Positions 58,118-64,000 of a stretch of DNA of 64,000 nucleotides are shown piece by piece. Position 1 is the stretch's first letter. Each line of letters begins with the position of its first letter. The notes under the pieces were generated by a model. The model made no database searches and was not told where the DNA came from. It saw only the letters and a list, made by a program, of their open reading frames with translations. Source of the DNA: Pristiophorus japonicus (lineage: Eukaryota); the NCBI RefSeq assembly GCF_044704955.1, contig NC_091980.1:7130001-7194000 (forward strand), read 5' to 3'. The position numbers and the translations under genes are program-made.

Positions 58118-59168
58118 ATGGGAAACGGCTCTAGTCGAGCCGGGCGCTCGCGCCCAGCTCCTAGAAAAGGAAAGAAGGACGACCTCTCAACTGAAAGAAT
58201 GAGAAAAGAATCAGTAAGGTAGTAAAGCAACGAGAGAAGGTAGGAGATCCCATTGTGCCGCCCGGCTCGCCGGCGGACACTGTAATTAAAGAAACAGGAG
58301 ACGACAGATACGCGGTAACGTTTAGTAGCGATTTGTACGGTTGGTCTGATGGGGATTGGCCATATGGAGGAAGTTTTAAATTGTCCTTAATTGAAGAATG
58401 GAGACAGACCACCAAAAATGGGACAGGGGACCCCAGTTGGGATAAAGATTATATGGAGAATTGTTTTAAAAAATAAAAAGAAAGAGGAGGAGGGTAAGGA
58501 GAAGCCCCCTCCCTCTTACAGCCCCCAAGTGCCCCAGTTTTGACCGCTTCGCCTGTCGGCTTATACCCCCGTCTTCCAACCACCAAGCCGGATGATTGGC
58601 AGGAGATTATAGAAATAGTGGCCGCTCAGCTGGATAAGACAGGCCGATTCCTCCACTACCCCCACGACACAAGCCCCCGTGTAATGATCAGAACAACGGC
58701 TGTCCTAAAGCCCTGGACACCGGGAGAAGCTCGGGATATGATATCAGCTGCCCCTAATCCTGTTAAGAAGCCAGTAGCCTTTCACAACTGGCTTGAGCAA
58801 ACCTGTACCATTTATTAAAGGGAGCTAAAAAGCATGGAGATATAGGGGAAGTCACCCGCTGCTTGCAGAAAGCAGAAGAATAGATTTTGCAGGCAGATGG
58901 AAAAATAGTTGGGACGAGCATGCAGGAATACCAATGGATCAAAATGAACCTTTGGCAGTGCAAACCTTGTTAAATTGTATGTTGCCACAACAAGCAAGAA
59001 CATACAAAATAAGGGTTTTGGACTGGCAAGGAAAAAGTTGGAAAGAGACAGTTACAGTACTGGCTAACATGGATAGAGAGGGACTATTTTCCTATAAGGA
59101 AAATATGGCTAAAACAGGTCAGTAAATCAGCAAAAGGGACGAGGACAGGCACAGAATAATCAGCATAG
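58118..59168 (+). pseudogene. gag: ERV gag (disrupted, internally deleted)
   Basis: MGNGSS myristoylation start; matrix WPYGGSF motif; late domains PPSY, PSAP and LYPRL; capsid-like KPWTPGEARDM...PNPVKKP. Several stops and frameshifts, no CCHC knuckle, terminal TAG at 59166-59168. Confidence 0.82.
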
Positions 59169-59540
59169 GGATGCCCCGGAGGCTTAGTGGTACAGGCGGC
59201 AGCCCTCCGCTTATCGGCAGACATAGAAGAAAACCCTCTGGCAGTAGTAAAAGTAGGAGACACTTATGTAAAGTTCCTGGTGGATACCGGTGCTACTATG
59301 TCTTCTGTACCACCCTCTGTGGGATTACCTGTAAGCAACACCACCGTCTTAAGTATGGGTGTGGCCGGTATCCCCATGAAATAATTTTTATCTGAACCTA
59401 CCAAATTGATAATTGAAGGACAATCAGTTAATGATGAGACTTTGATAGTCTCTAAAACAACACCGCTCCCTTTATTGGGAAGACAGACTTTGTGCAAACT
59501 AGGAGCCACAATTTATTGCACAAAGGAAGGAATGTACATG
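59169..59540 (+). pseudogene. pro: ERV aspartic protease, in frame after the gag UAG
   Basis: TAG-GGA-TGC-CCC readthrough-type context; FLVDTGATMS active site (59283-59291); LLGRQTLCKL flap/C-terminal motif; premature TAA at 59382-59384. Confidence 0.9.
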
Positions 59541-59619
59541 GAGCTCCCTCCAAATAATATTCATCAGTTCTTTAATGGGATTAAAAAAGAGAAAAGGGAG
59601 GATAACAAAGAAAAGGCTG

Positions 59620-60150
59620 CCCTCTATTGTTGGCAATTGATTGGCAACTACTATTCCCTCTTGATACATGAAGTTATACAAAACTTAAAAGCTAAATTTG
59701 ACCCTAATACTGAAGAATTGATGTATATAATTTTGACAAGCTTTGAGACAGTTCAGCTTCACTGTACAGCCTGGTACACTCGACAAAAGGCTGAAACTTA
59801 CCAGTGTTTGGTACAATCCTTTTTAAATAGAGAAGAAATAGTAGAAGCTACGCTCCGCATTTATTTTGGACCAGAAGGATTGGGGGTAGCCATTGATTTG
59901 ACACCCTTACAGCAACAGCGGTTTAGAGAAGCGAACTCGACACCTCATCTGACCTTGGCTATAAAACCGCCAGCGAAACCTAAAGATATGGGTCCGATGA
60001 TTGTAGGAATAGAAAGAGAAAAACAGCAACACGGCTATCAACCTTGGGCAGTAATAAAATTGCAAAATGTTCAGATAGAATTTATCACCCACAACAGGGG
60101 GATTCTCCAGTGGAAAGGTAAAAATCATGCCTCCACTTTTGAAAAACAGC
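59620..60150 (+). CDS. 2H-phosphoesterase (CNPase-like) domain embedded in pol between protease and RT
   Basis: LHCTAWY (His at 59760) and STPHLTLA (His at 59946): two HxT motifs 62 aa apart, followed by PKDMGPM. The frame is open across the domain. Confidence 0.8.
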
Positions 60151-60169
60151 AACCCCCGGAACAACCAAG

Positions 60170-62797
60170 CCCTAAGCTGCCAATGGCATTGAATCAAGTA
60201 TCTTCTGAACTTTGGGCAAAGCATAAGAATCATGTTGGGCAAGTACATTCTGCAGTACCCCATCGGGTACAATTGATAAAGAACGCCGTGTTACCAAGCA
60301 TTAGGCAGTGCAGACTGCCTCCAGAGGCAGAAAATGGGATAGAGCCAGTCATTTCTGCATTGTTGGAACAAGGAGTTCTAGAAAAGACACAGAGCCCGTG
60401 TAACACTCCGATACTGCCCATACCAAAGGTTAATAGGCCGAATGAATGGAGATTTGTGCAAGATCTGAGAGCTAGTAATAAGATAGTCGTCCTATCACCC
60501 CTGTGGTACCGGACACCAACATTATACTATCTGCTATACCACCAACAGCAACTGTCTTTACTGTGATAGACCTGTGTTCAGCTTTTTACTCTATCCCGTT
60601 AAATCAAGAAAGTCAGTATCTGTTTGCTTTCACCCACAAGAAGCAGCAGTACACATGGACCAGGTTGCCCCAAGGATACACCGAAAGCCCCGCAGTATTT
60701 GCAACAGCAGTACTAACCCAAGAACATGGTGGGGGAAATAGACCAGTTGCTTATTATTCGGTTTTGCTGCCTCCAGTAGTAAGGGGAATGCCAGCATGTC
60801 TACGTGCTGTAGCTGCTACTGCGGTCATGGTGGAAAAGTCGGTACCTATTGTTTTGGATCATCCATGTACTGTCATTACAGCCCATGCTGTCTTATTACT
60901 TTTGAATTCAGCTGCCACACAACACTTTACAGCATCTCGAAGAACAGGTTATGAAGTATTACTGCTGTCACACCCTAACTATATCTTTCGACGTGCACCG
61001 GTAGTGAACCCAGCCACCTTTCTTCCTACTAAAGAAGTAGAGGATCCAGACCAGCATGATTGTCTGTTAACGGTGGAAGTAGCCACCTTACCAAGACCAG
61101 ATTTGCTCACAGAACCCATGGACAATCCTGATCTTATTCTCTATACGGATGGATCATCACATAGGCCGTCGGATGATTTGTTTTTGGCAGGCTATGCTAT
61201 TGTAAATCCCTACAAAACTGTTGAAGCATTCGCCCTGCCTCCTGGAACCTCGGCTCAGGCTGCTGAATTGTTTGCCCTCACTAGAGCTTGTATAATAGCT
61301 AAAGATCATACTGCTAATATCTATACTGATTCTCGATATGCATTCGGTGTGGTCCATGATTTTGGACAACTGTGGAAAAACAGAGGCTTTATCACCTCTG
61401 GTGGAAAGCAGATTAAGCACTCACAACTGGTGCTTAATCTATTAGACGCCATTCAGTTGCCAAGTAAGGTAGCCGTTATCAAATGTGCAGCTCACACAAC
61501 CGGTGATGATGAAGTATCAGTAGGAAATAGGAGGGCTGACGAGGCAGCCAAACAGGCCGCTTCGGCACAGGCAGACTGCCTTCAAGCAGTCTCGGTTTCC
61601 CCTCCACAGGTACTTGACATCCAACAACTTAAAACAGCCCAACAACAAGTTACCATGCAGGAAGGAAGAACTTGGGAAAACCAGGGTTGTTTTCTAAAAA
61701 ACGACATTTGGTATCACCCTGATGGGCGAACTGTTTGTCCTAGATCTCTATTTTTGCCCCTGTCTCGCCTAGCACACGGTCAGGCTCACATGGGCAAAGG
61801 AGGGATGATACATGCTATCAATGCACAATGGTATGCACCAGGAATAACAGTAGTAATTGAGAAAGTTGCTAGGACATGCCAAATTTGTCAGCAAAATAAC
61901 AGAGGTAAAACACCTGCTGAATATGATCATCTACCCCAACCAAGTATGCCCTTTGAAAATTTGCAAATTGACTTTGTCCACATGCCTCCAGTATCAGGTC
62001 TTAAGTATCTATTAGTCATAGTAGATATGTTCACAAGGTGGGTAGAAGCGTACGCCACTAGGAGAGACGATGCCCGAACAGTAGTAAAAATTCTATTTAA
62101 AGAAATAGTACCAAGATATGGGATACCTATGGGAATCAACAGTGACAGGGGAACCCACTTCACCGGAAAAATAGTGCAAAACCTTGCAGAAGCGTTAGGG
62201 TTCCAGTGGAAGTTACATGTACCATATCAACCACAGTCCTCGGGAATGGTAGAAAGAGTAAATGGGATAATAAAATCTACCCTTACCAAGGTATGTCAGG
62301 AGACTGGACTGAAGTGGCCAGAAGCCTTACCATTAGTATTGTATATAATAAGAAACCAGAAAAACCGAAACACTGATTTGACACCACATGAAGCCTTATT
62401 GGGAAGACCAATGCTTACTGGCGTAAAACCACCACTGACAGATGAAAAAATAGCATTAATTTGGAATGATGAAAAATCACTAAAGTATGCTCAGGCCATG
62501 TGTGAAATAGCAAGAAGGCTGCATGAACAAATAAAGCAGACACAGGTGCCCCCGTCGGAAGGAAAAATGCACCCTTTCAGACCTGGAGATCAAGTGTTAG
62601 TAAAAACATTAAATAAAGAATCTTTTTCTCCTAGGTGGAAAGGACCGTATCAGATAATTCTCATGACACGAACCGCGTTGAAGTTGTAAAAGCACCCGAA
62701 CTGGGTGCATGCAACCCGCTGTAAATATTATTTCCCCGACGAATTACAGCCGAAGGAAAAGGCATTGAACCTGGACAAGCTGCGGTCGCCCGACTAA
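60170..62797 (+). pseudogene. pol: ERV pol: truncated RT (YxDD/thumb deleted), tether, RNase H, integrase
   Basis: RT motifs SPCNTPILP, WRFVQDLR, IDLCSAF and LPQGYTESP are followed directly by tether VLTQ...RPVAYYS. RNase H motifs YTDGS, SAQAAEL, YTDSRY, GNRRAD. Integrase HHCC, D(61970)-D(62144)-x35-E(62252), WKGPY and WVHA. Frameshift at about 60491, premature TAA at 62687, native stop at 62795-62797. Confidence 0.93.
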
Positions 62798-62885
62798 GAA
62801 AACAACCATCTTCTCGCTGAAGAACTGTACCTGCTCTTGTATTAAATATTTGGACTTGAAAATATTGCCCAAAATTCACGGACGA

Positions 62886-63041
62886 ATGTCAGAGTTCATT
62901 TGTGTGCCAGTTTGGGCCTTTATTATTTGGGTCACTGTTACTATCGTGTGGACGTGTTGTTATTGTAACGACTTATTTCAAGAGTGGTATAGAAACAAAC
63001 AAGAAAGGGAAGATGGGAAGGGACTCTTGGAAAAATTATAA
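62886..63041 (+). CDS. Small single-pass membrane ORF (51 aa) between pol and env; candidate accessory protein
   Basis: MSEFICVPVWAFIIWVTVTIVWTCCYCNDLFQEWYRNKQEREDGKGLLEKL*: N-terminal hydrophobic stretch, Cys cluster and charged tail; overlaps the env ATG. Confidence 0.5.
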   Translation: MSEFICVPVWAFIIWVTVTIVWTCCYCNDLFQEWYRNKQEREDGKGLLEKL

Positions 63042-64000
63042 ATGGGCGATGGGTATACTGATCATTTTAGCAACATGGAAATCCCGGCAGGAGGAAGAAG
63101 TCCTAAAAGAAGGAAGAGTATGGAAGGGAAATATGGTATGGGAAAGAAGTAATAGTATAAGGCAGCAAGACAATTTTATATGCCCAGCAGGCCAAAGTTG
63201 TAAAGTAGGGAATTTTACGGCACGATGTGAGGTGTGTGGAATGAAGGAAGAAAAAGGGGAGTTCCAGTTTATATTGGGGAAAGGGTATCAGTTGTTCATA
63301 GAATACCAGGCCGATGTGTGGATGAAGTGTACCTGGAGCACAAAGAAAAACAAGAGATGGGGGTACATAGGAGGGCCGGACGAGAGAAAAGACTTCCTCC
63401 GTTATTCATTTACAGGTATGGAAGATGGGCAGCGGATGTTGTTCATGAATAACACCCCGGTGAATGGAGGAAACCCATTTGTGGTAAAATGGTCAGTAAA
63501 AGAATCCGGCCACCCAGAAGACCGGGACCCGGGACATCTAAAAAGGATACTGACCACTTGCATCCCAGTGGTAAGATCCCCAGGTGTATTAAATCTAACA
63601 ATACGAATTAAATATCCCCCAAAGAAAGAAGATGGTTGCCACACAACCAGTATTAAGGTATCTTTTGAAAAAGAAAGACCCCAAAGAAAGAAACGGGATG
63701 TGTTAGGGACTGTGTTAGGTGGAGTGGGAGCAGGAATAGGAGCATTGAACTCCATGGATATCGAGACCCTACAAAATAAAATCCAGGCCGTCGGAGGACT
63801 GGTAGGGGAAGATATAAAAATCAGAAATGCCTGGGATGAAGGATTACAACAATTACAGATATCAGGTTACATCATAAACGAAATGACGGGGCAACAGAAT
63901 GAAGGGATAGAGAAGGAAATAGAGAACCTAATGAAAGAACAACAGGGAGTAAACAGGGAGAAATGATCAGACAGCTATTAAGAGCTGAGTTAGAAAGGAA
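63013..64000 (+). pseudogene. env: ERV env (SU and start of TM; frameshift near 63960; truncated by the window)
   Basis: Strong-context ATG at 63013; hydrophobic signal WAMGILIILATW; CEVC; furin site RKKR (63685-63696) followed by a Gly-rich fusion peptide DVLGTVLGGVGAGIGALNS and a heptad-like segment. TGA at 63964-63966, with another frame continuing (MIRQLLRAELER). Confidence 0.88.

Larger units (their letters stand above)
57314..64000 (+). mobile_element. Endogenous retrovirus, epsilon-like (class I), defective, runs off the window end
   Basis: Order is LTR-PBS-gag-pro-RT-RNase H-IN-env, with an in-frame UAG at the gag/pro junction. Inserted into a CR1 fragment. Multiple stops, frameshifts and deletions. 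Confidence 0.95.

Noticed and set aside
62902-63966. env as an intact, domesticated syncytin-like gene
   Set aside because: The listed start is GTG (the real ATG is 63013), and the frame breaks at ~63960 before any membrane anchor.

Overview
Vertebrate genomic DNA, almost certainly a cartilaginous fish (shark-type CR1/HER1-like LINE tails, DeuSINE/SacSINE1-like SINEs). Most of the window is retroposon debris. There are two main objects. (1) A multi-exon CD74 (MHC class II invariant chain) gene on the minus strand. The ATG is at 40532, and I assembled nine phase-consistent GT-AG coding exons by hand down to 5996, plus a tentative terminal exon at 453-490. It has an extra phase-1/1 exon encoding a second CLIP-like peptide, an 8-Cys thyroglobulin type-1 domain, and a promoter with X2/Y-like, NF-kB and ETS motifs next to a SINE insertion. 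(2) A defective epsilon-like endogenous retrovirus from 57314 to beyond the window end: 5' LTR, tRNA-Ser PBS, decayed gag, UAG-readthrough protease, RT with its catalytic core deleted, RNase H, integrase and env. It carries a 2H-phosphoesterase (CNPase-like, two HxT motifs) domain between protease and RT, and a small Vpu-like transmembrane ORF overlapping the env start. A recurring theme is tandem amplification of short retroposon segments: 33-bp arrays in nine DeuSINE copies, an inverted 34-bp array in a LINE 3' stem-loop, and 36-bp and 55-bp arrays in L2-like elements. Repeat boundaries are approximate, and all family assignments are from motif recognition with no database search.
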